Under the pieces are notes generated by a model that had not been told where the DNA came from, made no database searches, and worked only from the letters and a program-made list of their open reading frames with translations. Below, in pieces: positions 9,243 through 17,137 of a stretch of 47,587 nucleotides of DNA. Source of the DNA: Campylobacterota bacterium (lineage in GTDB: Bacteria; Campylobacterota_A; Desulfurellia; JAADFJ01). The first letter of the stretch is position 1. Each line of letters opens with the position of its first letter. Made by a program: the position numbers and the translations under genes. Location of the stretch: assembly GCA_013152955.1 (NCBI GenBank), contig JAADFJ010000039.1, positions 1 to 47,587 on the forward strand, written 5' to 3'.

Positions 9243-10642
9243 CAGATTACCCCCTCTTTCGAAAGGTTGCCCAAATCTTTCTTTGTATAACCTAATAATC
9301 TCGGATATACATCCCTGTTATCATATCCAATAGGTCTACCAATCCATTTCAAACGTGCCGGAGTTTTTTCGGCAAAAATCGGACTTGTCCCGTAGAGAAC
9401 TTTACCATAAAGTGCATCGTCTATGGCATTGACATGCCCTCTATATTTGAAATGTGCATATTCTGCAACCTCATCTATGAAAAGAACTCCTCCTGAGGCA
9501 ACCTCTTCAGCTAACAACTTATCTTCCGCTTCCTGTCTTGTATTATCTTTGCCCCATTCGCATAGAGCAGTATAGGTTTTTACCTGAGCATAATGAGGCA
9601 GTCTTCCCGTTACGACACGAAGCGATTTATCCAAAACTATCAATTCCTCAATATCGGGTCTATCTTTACCGACCGTTTTCCAGATACGATACCAAAGTCT
9701 GTCATGTCCTCCGCCAACCATTAGATATCCGTCAACAACAGGGTTAACACCATAAATATTGATAGCAAGATCCCAGTTGCCATATCTTGGTCTTATGCTG
9801 CCGTCCATTCCGTGCCATGCCCAATTGTAATCAATAATACGAATAATTGCTTCTGCGCCGGTAGCCTCAATAAACTGACCTTTTCTGGAAATCTGTTCTC
9901 TATATATAAGTGCTGTTATGATACCCATAGCAGCAGTTGTTCCCCCTACATGATCGCACATCCACAAACCGGAACGAGTAGGAATACCTCCGAACGATTT
10001 AGGAAAACCGGTTCCATGCGTAAATCCGCAAGCACATTGGGCAGTAGGTTCAAGCTCCCCAGGTCTATCTTTATCCGGACCCCATTGTCCTTTCTGTCCT
10101 ACCCAGCAATAAATAAGTCTTGGATTTGTTTTTGATAGCTGGCGATAACCTATTCCCCATGCGTCAAATTGCCCCGGTGCTGCATTTTCAATCAAAACAT
10201 CAGCTTTTAGAGCAAGTTTTTTTAGAATCTCTCTCCCCTTTTCTGTTTCGAGGTTCAATGTTATAGACTGTTTGTTTCTCATTTCATGAAGAAAATGCAT
10301 TCCAATCTCTTCTCCACGTTCTTTGTCCTTGAAATACCAATCTTTTCTTCCAAAAGGTGTGAGTTTCCGCAGTTCATCGCCTTCTGGAGGCTCAATTTGT
10401 ATTGTTTCAGCTCCAAGCTCTGAAAGCATTGAGGATGCCCAATGCCCAATAATCATTCCTGTTGAGCAGTCAAGAACTCTTATTCCATCGAGAGCTTCAG
10501 GCTTTTTGCCCGATTCTCTTGGATGCATCACCGATTCAAGAAAACGATTATACTCTATTTCTTGCTCAGGCGCACCCTGATATACCTCATCAAATGTTGG
10601 TGCCGGCGACAAAGGCCACAAGCATTTACCATTATCCCCCAT
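9242..10642 (-). CDS. Family III (CaiB/BaiF) CoA-transferase, subunit 1
   Basis: ALDGIRVLD, ELGAETIQIEPPEGD, RNKQSITLNL, ADVLIEN, NPRLIY and MCDHVGG. Start set at ATG 10642 behind AGAGGAGG. Stop overlaps the next start. Confidence 0.92.
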   Translation of the reverse strand: MGDNGKCLWPLSPAPTFDEVYQGAPEQEIEYNRFLESVMHPRESGKKPEALDGIRVLDCSTGMIIGHWASSMLSELGAETIQIEPPEGDELRKLTPFGRKDWYFKDKERGEEIGMHFLHEMRNKQSITLNLETEKGREILKKLALKADVLIENAAPGQFDAWGIGYRQLSKTNPRLIYCWVGQKGQWGPDKDRPGELEPTAQCACGFTHGTGFPKSFGGIPTRSGLWMCDHVGGTTAAMGIITALIYREQISRKGQFIEATGAEAIIRIIDYNWAWHGMDGSIRPRYGNWDLAINIYGVNPVVDGYLMVGGGHDRLWYRIWKTVGKDRPDIEELIVLDKSLRVVTGRLPHYAQVKTYTALCEWGKDNTRQEAEDKLLAEEVASGGVLFIDEVAEYAHFKYRGHVNAIDDALYGKVLYGTSPIFAEKTPARLKWIGRPIGYDNRDVYPRLLGYTKKDLGNLSKEGVI

Positions 10643-10658
10643 TTTTCCTCCTCTATGA

Positions 10659-10715
10659 TCATTCATCTGTGCAATAAATTAACCATCTATCACTACTTTT
10701 CACTTGTTGGTGCAT
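10659..10715 (-). CDS. Putative leader peptide / small ORF MHQQVKSSDRWLIYCTDE (18 aa; 14 aa if the GTG at 10703 is used)
   Basis: TAAGGAGGTGA (full anti-SD complement) at 10715-10725. The ORF lies between the promoter and the first operon gene. SD spacing is imperfect for either start. Confidence 0.35.
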   Translation of the reverse strand: MHQQVKSSDRWLIYCTDE

Positions 10716-10766
10716 CACCTCCTTATTAATATGGTTTATAGCCTTTAGGTAGCTTACGTAATTGAA

Positions 10767-10795
10767 ATTCTAACATAACTAATTATTTTTGTCAA
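10767..10795 (-). promoter_or_regulatory. Sigma70-type promoter of the CoA-transferase operon
   Basis: TTGACA-17 bp-TAGAAT with an extended -10 TG. Confidence 0.7.
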
Positions 10796-10877
10796 GGAAT
10801 GTAGCAGCAAAATGATAATGTCCTATTTTGAGCAGAGCAGAACCATACGAAAAAGAAGATTGAAAATGAAAGTAAAG

Positions 10878-11139
10878 TTATGTGGTAATTAAAGGTGAAA
10901 TGCTGCCGAATATTGTGTATGAGAATTGTGCCCCCTTATGCTGCTGCTTTCTGTTAAAATAGGGGAGTCTTGTCTCAACAACATTGGACATTCCTCTTTT
11001 TTTCAATGCTTTTGCTATTGTTTCGTCCATTTCTGAAACTGTTCTGTCTTCTTCGATCTTCTTTTCAAATCTCCCAACAGCTTTAGAAACGGCGGCATAA
11101 TACATATCAAACAGCTTTCCTATCTGATTTAATTATAAT
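10878..11139 (-). pseudogene. C-terminal HTH relic of an IS200/RAYT-like tyrosine transposase, interrupted by IS1182 (remainder at 12821-12896)
   Basis: Removing the IS joins MILYFLKKYSASL* to LNQIGKLFDMYYAAVSKAVGRFE...MSNVVET in one frame. This resembles the DnaA-C-like HTH tail of these transposases. Confidence 0.6.
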
Positions 11140-11178
11140 GAGGCTGTTGAAAAACCCTTCTTTCTGTATTTTCTGCTA

Positions 11179-12696
11179 TCAAATAAAGGCATATTTTTTG
11201 ATAAATACCAAAGCAATTCTGCGGCAGGTTAATAAGGAGCGGAAAACAGCGTTGCCGGCAGGCAATGCTGTTTGGTTCTTGCTCTTTATTCTGTTTTCTA
11301 CTGTATCATTTCTGTTCTTATTGAGCAGCTTTACCATTCTTTTTATGTTCTGGATAGCGGCAGTCAAAAGAAACTGCTCTTCTATGTTCCATCGTCTTCT
11401 GAATTTACATACTCTTAAGCCCATCTGCTCTTTGGCTTCGCCAAATAGAGACTCTATTGTCTTTCTCTTTTTTATGGATGTGAGGTAGGCTTTAGTTTTT
11501 GAAAGCCCTCTTACTCTGTTTATCTGCTCCTCATATATATGACGGCTTAGCGATCTTGCTCTGTCTTTTGTACATTCCTGTTTGAGTCGACAGGCTTTAC
11601 AGCTTTTTATTGATGCACGCCATACAAACTGTCTGCTTGATTTATTTATACCGTGATATTTCAATATCTTATTATCCGGGCATATATATCTGTTGTTTTC
11701 CTCATCCCATCTGAATCTATCTATAGGAAATATTCCTCTCTCGTTTGCAGCTCTTGAGTCAACTATCGGTATATGGGGAGTAATACCTAAGCTGAGGAGG
11801 TTGTGTATAAACTCACCGGAGCAGTAGCCTTTATCTGCTCCTATGGTTTCAGGCTTCATCTTGAATTTAAAGATAAACTCTTTAATCATATCAAAAGCAG
11901 AGTCAACCTCACCCTTCTTACCGGGTATACTTGCTTTTACTCCTACTATAATTCTGTTCTTATTGTCCATAAGATAGTTATCAAGATGGGATAAGACAGC
12001 AGCTGTGTGTGACTTTCTTGCAAGTCTGGCATCAGGGTCTGTTTTTGATCTATGTGTCTTATTGGCTATCTTTTTGCCTGTCTGCGTGCAACGCACAGGC
12101 AGGCTTTTTTGTTTCATATTACTTTGAGGATCTGCTGCATCGGAATCATCTTCATCTGTTCTGTTTTCTCTTTCCAAGGTATTGGCATATTCAGTTGTGC
12201 TCATCTTGAGGACTATAGGTTCCATGCTGTCCATTGATGCATTGGCTTTAACCTGACTTCCGTCTACACTTAGATGAGCAGCACTTATCAATCCTTTATC
12301 TATACATCTTTTTACAATCTCATCGAATATATCCTGGAATATACCGCTCTCTTTGAATCTGTTGTGTCTGTTTTTGGAGAATACAGAATGATCCGGTACC
12401 TTATCATCTAAACTTAAACCTATAAACCATCTGTATCCTATATGCATACTTACCTCTTCGCATAATCTTCTCTCTGATGTTATGCCGTAGAGATAACCTA
12501 CAAGAAGCATCTTTATCAAAACCTCAGGATCTACAGACGGTCTGCCTGTATTACTGTATAGATGCTTCGTCTTTTTGCGTATGAAAGAAAGATCAATATA
12601 TTTGTTTATCAATCTTAAGATATGATTCTCCGGTATCATATCTCCTATATTGATATAGTAAAACAGAGGAGATTGTTTTGTCTTCTTTCCCATCAT
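11179..12696 (-). CDS. IS1182-family DDE transposase
   Basis: GRPSVDP, YLYGITSERRL, VPDHS, SVDGS, TDPDAR, GADKGY, YICP...CKACRLKQECT and IESLFGEAK. Start placed at ATG 12696 behind GGAG. Confidence 0.93.
   Translation of the reverse strand: MMGKKTKQSPLFYYINIGDMIPENHILRLINKYIDLSFIRKKTKHLYSNTGRPSVDPEVLIKMLLVGYLYGITSERRLCEEVSMHIGYRWFIGLSLDDKVPDHSVFSKNRHNRFKESGIFQDIFDEIVKRCIDKGLISAAHLSVDGSQVKANASMDSMEPIVLKMSTTEYANTLERENRTDEDDSDAADPQSNMKQKSLPVRCTQTGKKIANKTHRSKTDPDARLARKSHTAAVLSHLDNYLMDNKNRIIVGVKASIPGKKGEVDSAFDMIKEFIFKFKMKPETIGADKGYCSGEFIHNLLSLGITPHIPIVDSRAANERGIFPIDRFRWDEENNRYICPDNKILKYHGINKSSRQFVWRASIKSCKACRLKQECTKDRARSLSRHIYEEQINRVRGLSKTKAYLTSIKKRKTIESLFGEAKEQMGLRVCKFRRRWNIEEQFLLTAAIQNIKRMVKLLNKNRNDTVENRIKSKNQTALPAGNAVFRSLLTCRRIALVFIKKYAFI
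12076..12104. repeat. Short palindromic element in frame within the transposase (encodes LPVRCTQTG)
   Basis: GCCTGTCTGCGTGCAACGCACAGGCAGGC is a GC-rich hairpin in AT-rich context. A related hairpin is at 29301-29322. Confidence 0.65.
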
Positions 12697-12896
12697 TGTA
12701 AAATAACTCCTTTGAAAGATATTAGAAATAATAGCAGTGGTTTTGTTGCCAAAACCACTGCTATTATACCATTTTTGATGGTTCAAGGCAAGCAAGTTAG
12801 GGGAGTTTTTCAACAGGCTCTAATGATGCGGAATATTTTTTAAGGAAGTATAAGATCATCGGTTTAATGCCGGTTACAAAGTATCCGGCACTTTTT

Positions 12897-12972
12897 TGGC
12901 TCCCCGGGAGGGACTCGAACCCCCGACAAGGCGGTTAACAGCCGCCTGCTCTACCAACTGAGCTACCGAGGA
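12897..12972 (-). tRNA. tRNA-Asn (GTT)
   Basis: 76-nt cloverleaf TCCTCGG...GGCGG-CTGTTAA-CCGCC...GTTCGAGT...GGGGAGCCA with encoded CCA. Confidence 0.97.
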
Positions 12973-13016
12973 ACACTCAATTAACAGTGCCTAATATATT
13001 CAGGAGTAATTGGATG

Positions 13017-14285
13017 TCAAGCAGATAAATGGAATATTTTTGGAATCATAAGCGCCATTTCCGGAACAAAGACAAGAATTGTCAGAGCTAAAATCGCCGC
13101 TACGATAAAAAACAGCTCATATTTGGAAATATCTTCAACGCTGACATTAGCCATTCTGGATGCCACAAAAAGATTGATTCCCATAGGCGGGGTAACCTGC
13201 CCAATTGCCAAATTAACTACCATCAACATTCCAAACCAGATAGGATTGAATCCAAACTGTCCCATTATGGGTATAAATATTGGTAAAAAAATATAAAAAA
13301 TCGATATTGCATCAAGAAACATTCCTGCAAACAAAAGCAGCACATTTATCATACCTATCATTTCCAGTCTTGAATGAACCGAACTAATAAAAAAATGTGT
13401 AATGGCGCCCATCGTACCTACAGTTGAAGCAGCCCATGACATGATACCTGCAAACGCTACAATGGCCATAATCATAGAACTATTCAAAAGCGATTCTACC
13501 AAAATATCGTATAGAAGCTTCCACGTCAGGCTTTTATAAATAAAAGTACCCACAAAAAGACCATAGACAACGGCAACTACAGCAGATTCGGTAGGAGTGA
13601 AAATACCGGCATATATTCCACCCATTATAATAAACGGCGTAACTATAGCCCACAAAGCTCCTTTATGTGACTTTTTGACAGTCAGGTCTTTTTGAATTTC
13701 CTCAGTGATTTTGAAACGTTTTGATACCCAATAAGATGTTATCATAAGAAACAGACCGACTACAATACCTGGAATAATACCTGCAGCAAAAAGAGCTGCC
13801 ACGGAAGTATTTGTTATATCTCCATATATAATAAGCGCTATGCTCGGAGGAATAATAATACCAAGCGAACCGCTCGCAGCAATCAAGGCAGCAGAAAACG
13901 GCTTCGGATAACCTGATTTTTCCATTCCGGGGACAAAGATAGATGTAAGTGTTGCGGTATCGGCAGGCCCGGATCCCGAAACTGCCGCCCAGAACATTCC
14001 GGCAATAACGGCAACGATCGAAAGTGAACGGTTAATATATCTTCCTAACAAAGCTGCTATACCTACAATCTTTTCAGCCATTCCAACCTTTTCCATAATC
14101 TTTCCGGCAAGAATAAAAAACGGTATGGCAAGCAGCGGGAATTTGGCAATGTTAGAATAAAAATTGGGTGAAAGCATGCTTATTCCAAGATGATGAGTGA
14201 TAATTATGAAAACACCGCTTACTCCCAAAGAGACTGCTATCGGAACACCCAGCACAATAAGACAGAGAAACAGAATAAATATCAT
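13017..14285 (-). CDS. dctM: TRAP transporter large permease
   Basis: LLAIPFFILAG, AVSGSGPAD, IIIPPS, GIFTPTES and GQVTPPMG. Start moved to ATG 14285, overlapping the dctQ stop. Confidence 0.93.
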   Translation of the reverse strand: MIFILFLCLIVLGVPIAVSLGVSGVFIIITHHLGISMLSPNFYSNIAKFPLLAIPFFILAGKIMEKVGMAEKIVGIAALLGRYINRSLSIVAVIAGMFWAAVSGSGPADTATLTSIFVPGMEKSGYPKPFSAALIAASGSLGIIIPPSIALIIYGDITNTSVAALFAAGIIPGIVVGLFLMITSYWVSKRFKITEEIQKDLTVKKSHKGALWAIVTPFIIMGGIYAGIFTPTESAVVAVVYGLFVGTFIYKSLTWKLLYDILVESLLNSSMIMAIVAFAGIMSWAASTVGTMGAITHFFISSVHSRLEMIGMINVLLLFAGMFLDAISIFYIFLPIFIPIMGQFGFNPIWFGMLMVVNLAIGQVTPPMGINLFVASRMANVSVEDISKYELFFIVAAILALTILVFVPEMALMIPKIFHLSA

Positions 14286-14773
14286 CTGACAGTGCGAAGT
14301 GCGGATTGAATAATTCTGAAGATTATAAGCAGCGATAAAACCGGTATAAAAGCAATATAGATCCACTCGGGCAGATTGAGAGAACTTGAAGTAACCTGAA
14401 GTTCTATCTCATCGGAAAGCTGCCCTAAACTTTCATAAAAAAGTATTGAAAATAAAGTCAAGCTCAGAAAAACGGCTGCAAATTCCAATAATTTTCTCAA
14501 AACCGGTGGAAATTTCTTTACCAAAAAAAGAACTCTGATATGAGTGTTTCTTTTAATTCCGGCTGAGATCCCTAAAAGCGTAATCACAACAAAAGCGTTT
14601 GTTTCGAGTTCCTCGGTAAAAGCCAGCGGATAATGAATCAGATATCTTGCCAGCACATTAAGAAAGGCAAGCAACACCATCAGAAGCAGAATAACGGCGC
14701 CGCTTACCTCTTCTAAATTATTTAAAAACCAGAGTGCCCTATCTTTCTTGCTTTGCAATATCTTTTTCAGCAC
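14282..14773 (-). CDS. dctQ: TRAP transporter small permease
   Basis: Four TM segments; NVLARY, FTEEL, HIRV; located between dctP and dctM. Confidence 0.9.
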   Translation of the reverse strand: MLKKILQSKKDRALWFLNNLEEVSGAVILLLMVLLAFLNVLARYLIHYPLAFTEELETNAFVVITLLGISAGIKRNTHIRVLFLVKKFPPVLRKLLEFAAVFLSLTLFSILFYESLGQLSDEIELQVTSSSLNLPEWIYIAFIPVLSLLIIFRIIQSALRTVR

Positions 14774-15755
14774 TCTTTACGATATTCTTCCCTACAATTT
14801 TTGTCCATTTCAGCATAACCGGAGCAGTTTTTTGTTTGAACAGTTTACGCTGAGAATCAGTTAATACCGTTACCTTCATTCCCTTCGATTTGAGATAGCT
14901 AAGCGCCTTTGTGCTCCCTTCAAGTCCATTGCGAGCCCTTATTTTTTCCCAATCCATAACTTCTCTTGCAGTTCTTTTCAAAATTCGTCTGTCTTTTTTG
15001 CTGAAGCTTCTCCAGTCAGCTTTGTTTATGCCTAATATCAACGGATCAATCGCATAGTGCCAAATCGTTATATAAGGTTGAAAATTATAAACTTTATAAG
15101 GAATTATCACAACATTGACCGGATTTTCTTCTCCGTCCACAACCTTTTGGCGAAATGCGGGAACTGCATCAGCCCAGTTCATAGATACTGGATTTGCGCC
15201 AAGAGCTCTGAATATATCTATAAAAATGGGGCTTCCTACAACTCTTATTTTTAAACCTTTCAGATCATTCGGAACTCTTATAGGCCGCTTGCTGTTTGTC
15301 AGCGCCCTGAATCCGTTTTCACCCCATCCGATACCTATTACGCCTTTTCTTCTTAATATCGCAAAGAGTTTTTTTCCTGTTCTACCTCCGGTTACAGCAT
15401 CAACCTCCTGATAGTTTTTGAAAAAGAACGGAAGCGAAAAGAGATTTAACGGTTTTATTATCGTCGACCAGTTAATAGTTGAGCCGAGTGCAAAATCGGC
15501 AACCCCGCGCCTTAATAGCAAAAATTCATTTGTTTGATTTCCGGCAAAAAGCTGTCCTGCAAAATACGGTTTGATGCTTATCCTTCCGTCGGTTCTCTCC
15601 CTAACCAAATTGGCAAATTTTGTTGCCGCTTCACCCCATGGACCTTTTGGTCCCACAACAATGCTCATCTTGTACTGAGATTTGTATGCAAATGACGGTA
15701 TCGTCAGTAACATAGCAAACAGAGCTACAAGCAGACTCTTGAAGATATTGCTCAT
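14739..15755 (-). CDS. dctP: TRAP transporter periplasmic solute-binding protein
   Basis: Signal peptide; ENGFR, DLKGLKIRV, LGANP and VVDGEENP motifs. Confidence 0.93.
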   Translation of the reverse strand: MSNIFKSLLVALFAMLLTIPSFAYKSQYKMSIVVGPKGPWGEAATKFANLVRERTDGRISIKPYFAGQLFAGNQTNEFLLLRRGVADFALGSTINWSTIIKPLNLFSLPFFFKNYQEVDAVTGGRTGKKLFAILRRKGVIGIGWGENGFRALTNSKRPIRVPNDLKGLKIRVVGSPIFIDIFRALGANPVSMNWADAVPAFRQKVVDGEENPVNVVIIPYKVYNFQPYITIWHYAIDPLILGINKADWRSFSKKDRRILKRTAREVMDWEKIRARNGLEGSTKALSYLKSKGMKVTVLTDSQRKLFKQKTAPVMLKWTKIVGKNIVKSAEKDIAKQER

Positions 15756-15793
15756 ACTTTCCCCCTAAGTTTATTATGGTTGCCCACTACTTT

Positions 15794-15821
15794 ATTATAA
15801 TTTAGCGCTTATAGCTGTCAA
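15794..15821 (-). promoter_or_regulatory. Sigma70-type promoter of dctPQM
   Basis: TTGACA-16 bp-TATAAT, about 40 bp upstream of dctP. Confidence 0.6.
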
Positions 15822-15893
15822 GCACTTTACATGCCGCATTACGGTGTTATATTATTTTGTCAATCCTGTATTTGAGATAATGAAGGTGTAATT

Positions 15894-16901
15894 ATGAAAA
15901 AAGAAAGTTATAGTGTTGCAGTGGCAGGAGCCACAGGTGCAGTAGGCGGAGAAATACTCAAAATTCTTGATGAGAGAAATTTTCCGATCAAAGAGCTGAG
16001 GCTTCTTGCTTCTTCAAGATCGGCAGGAAAATATATTAATTTCAAAGGTAAAGCATACAAGGTAGACGAATTAAAAAAAGATTCATTTGAAAATATCGAC
16101 ATAGCTCTGTTTTCAGCGGGAGCATCAAGAAGCAGAGAGTTTGCCTCTGCAGCTGTTGCTTCCGGAGCGATCGTTATAGACAATAGTTCTGCCTTCAGAA
16201 TGGATAATAATGTTCCCCTTGTGATACCTGAGGTCAACTCCAAAGATGCGTTTAAGCATAAAGGAATAATAGCGAATCCAAACTGTACGACGATAGTAAT
16301 GTTAATGGCGCTGAAACCCCTTTACGATTATTCAAGAATAAAACGAATTATTGTGTCAAGTTATCAGGCGGCTTCCGGAGCAGGATTAAAAGCCATGAAT
16401 GAACTCTCTGACCAAGCAGCCTGCTGGGCGGAAGGCAAAGACATTAAAGTAAATAAATTTCCTTATCAGCTTCTATTCAATGTTATTCCGCAGGTAGATA
16501 TTTTTATGCCGAACCACTATACTAAAGAAGAGATGAAGATGGCAGATGAGACAAAAAAAATGCTTCATGATCCTGATTTGAAAATTTCCGCAACATGCGT
16601 CAGAATTCCGGTATTCAGGGCACATTCTGAATCGGTAACAGTTGAGTTTGAAGGCGAAATAACACCGGAAAAAGCAATAGAGCTTATTGAAAAATTTCCC
16701 GGAGTGCGGCTCGTAGATAATACAGAAAATTCAATATATCCGATGCCGCTTTTTGCAAGCGGTAAAGATGACTGCGAGATAGGCAGGATCAGGCAGGACT
16801 TAAATGGTAAAAACTGGCTCTCTATGTGGGTCGTAGGTGATCAGATAAGAAAAGGTGCAGCATTGAACGCTGTTCAGATTGCAGAACTTCTGATAAGCTG
16901 A
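15894..16901 (+). CDS. asd: Aspartate-semialdehyde dehydrogenase
   Basis: GATGAVG, IDNSSAFRM, NPNCTT, SYQAASGAG and KGAALNAVQIAE. Confidence 0.97.
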   Translation: MKKESYSVAVAGATGAVGGEILKILDERNFPIKELRLLASSRSAGKYINFKGKAYKVDELKKDSFENIDIALFSAGASRSREFASAAVASGAIVIDNSSAFRMDNNVPLVIPEVNSKDAFKHKGIIANPNCTTIVMLMALKPLYDYSRIKRIIVSSYQAASGAGLKAMNELSDQAACWAEGKDIKVNKFPYQLLFNVIPQVDIFMPNHYTKEEMKMADETKKMLHDPDLKISATCVRIPVFRAHSESVTVEFEGEITPEKAIELIEKFPGVRLVDNTENSIYPMPLFASGKDDCEIGRIRQDLNGKNWLSMWVVGDQIRKGAALNAVQIAELLIS

Positions 16902-17137
16902 TGATTATGGCAACGGCAATCACAAAAGATAGAAATGGTAAAATCAAAACAAAAGATATGGTAATTTACAGAAATTTGCTATTTGCGGCTCGAGATAATC
17001 GTTTACGGAACAATAGAGATGCTATTTATTAATCCAAACAAAAAAAAGAGTAGCAGATGATAATCCTGATAAAAGTCTGCAGGATAAATTTGCCCGGGAG
17101 CAGTCCGGCCTAAAGAATTTCTTAAGCAGAGGAGTTT

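Larger units (their letters stand above)
11140..12820 (-). mobile_element. IS1182-family insertion sequence, 1681 bp, apparently complete
   Basis: TIRs GAGGCTGTTGAAAAAC / GAGCCTGTTGAAAAAC (15/16). 4-bp direct repeat TAAT at 11136-11139 and 12821-12824. Confidence 0.93.

Noticed and set aside
11138-11488. 116-aa plus-strand ORF starting at the IS end
   Set aside because: Antisense to the transposase with no recognisable motif. The shared TALPAGNAV comes from a DNA palindrome.
12697-12813. N-terminal extension of the transposase in the ORF track
   Set aside because: It starts inside the TIR. The RBS and family-like N-terminus point to ATG 12696.
3407-12896. Prophage or integrative element at tRNA-Asn
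   Set aside because: No integrase, phage or conjugation genes, and no repeat of the tRNA 3' end was found.
16901-17032. ~43-codon ORF directly after asd
   Set aside because: No RBS or recognisable motif; indistinguishable from chance.
17060-17130. TCCGGCCTAAA upstream of the EmrA-like gene recalls a c-di-GMP-I riboswitch
   Set aside because: The GGCAAA...GAAA...GCAAAG P2 elements and the closing P1 are missing.
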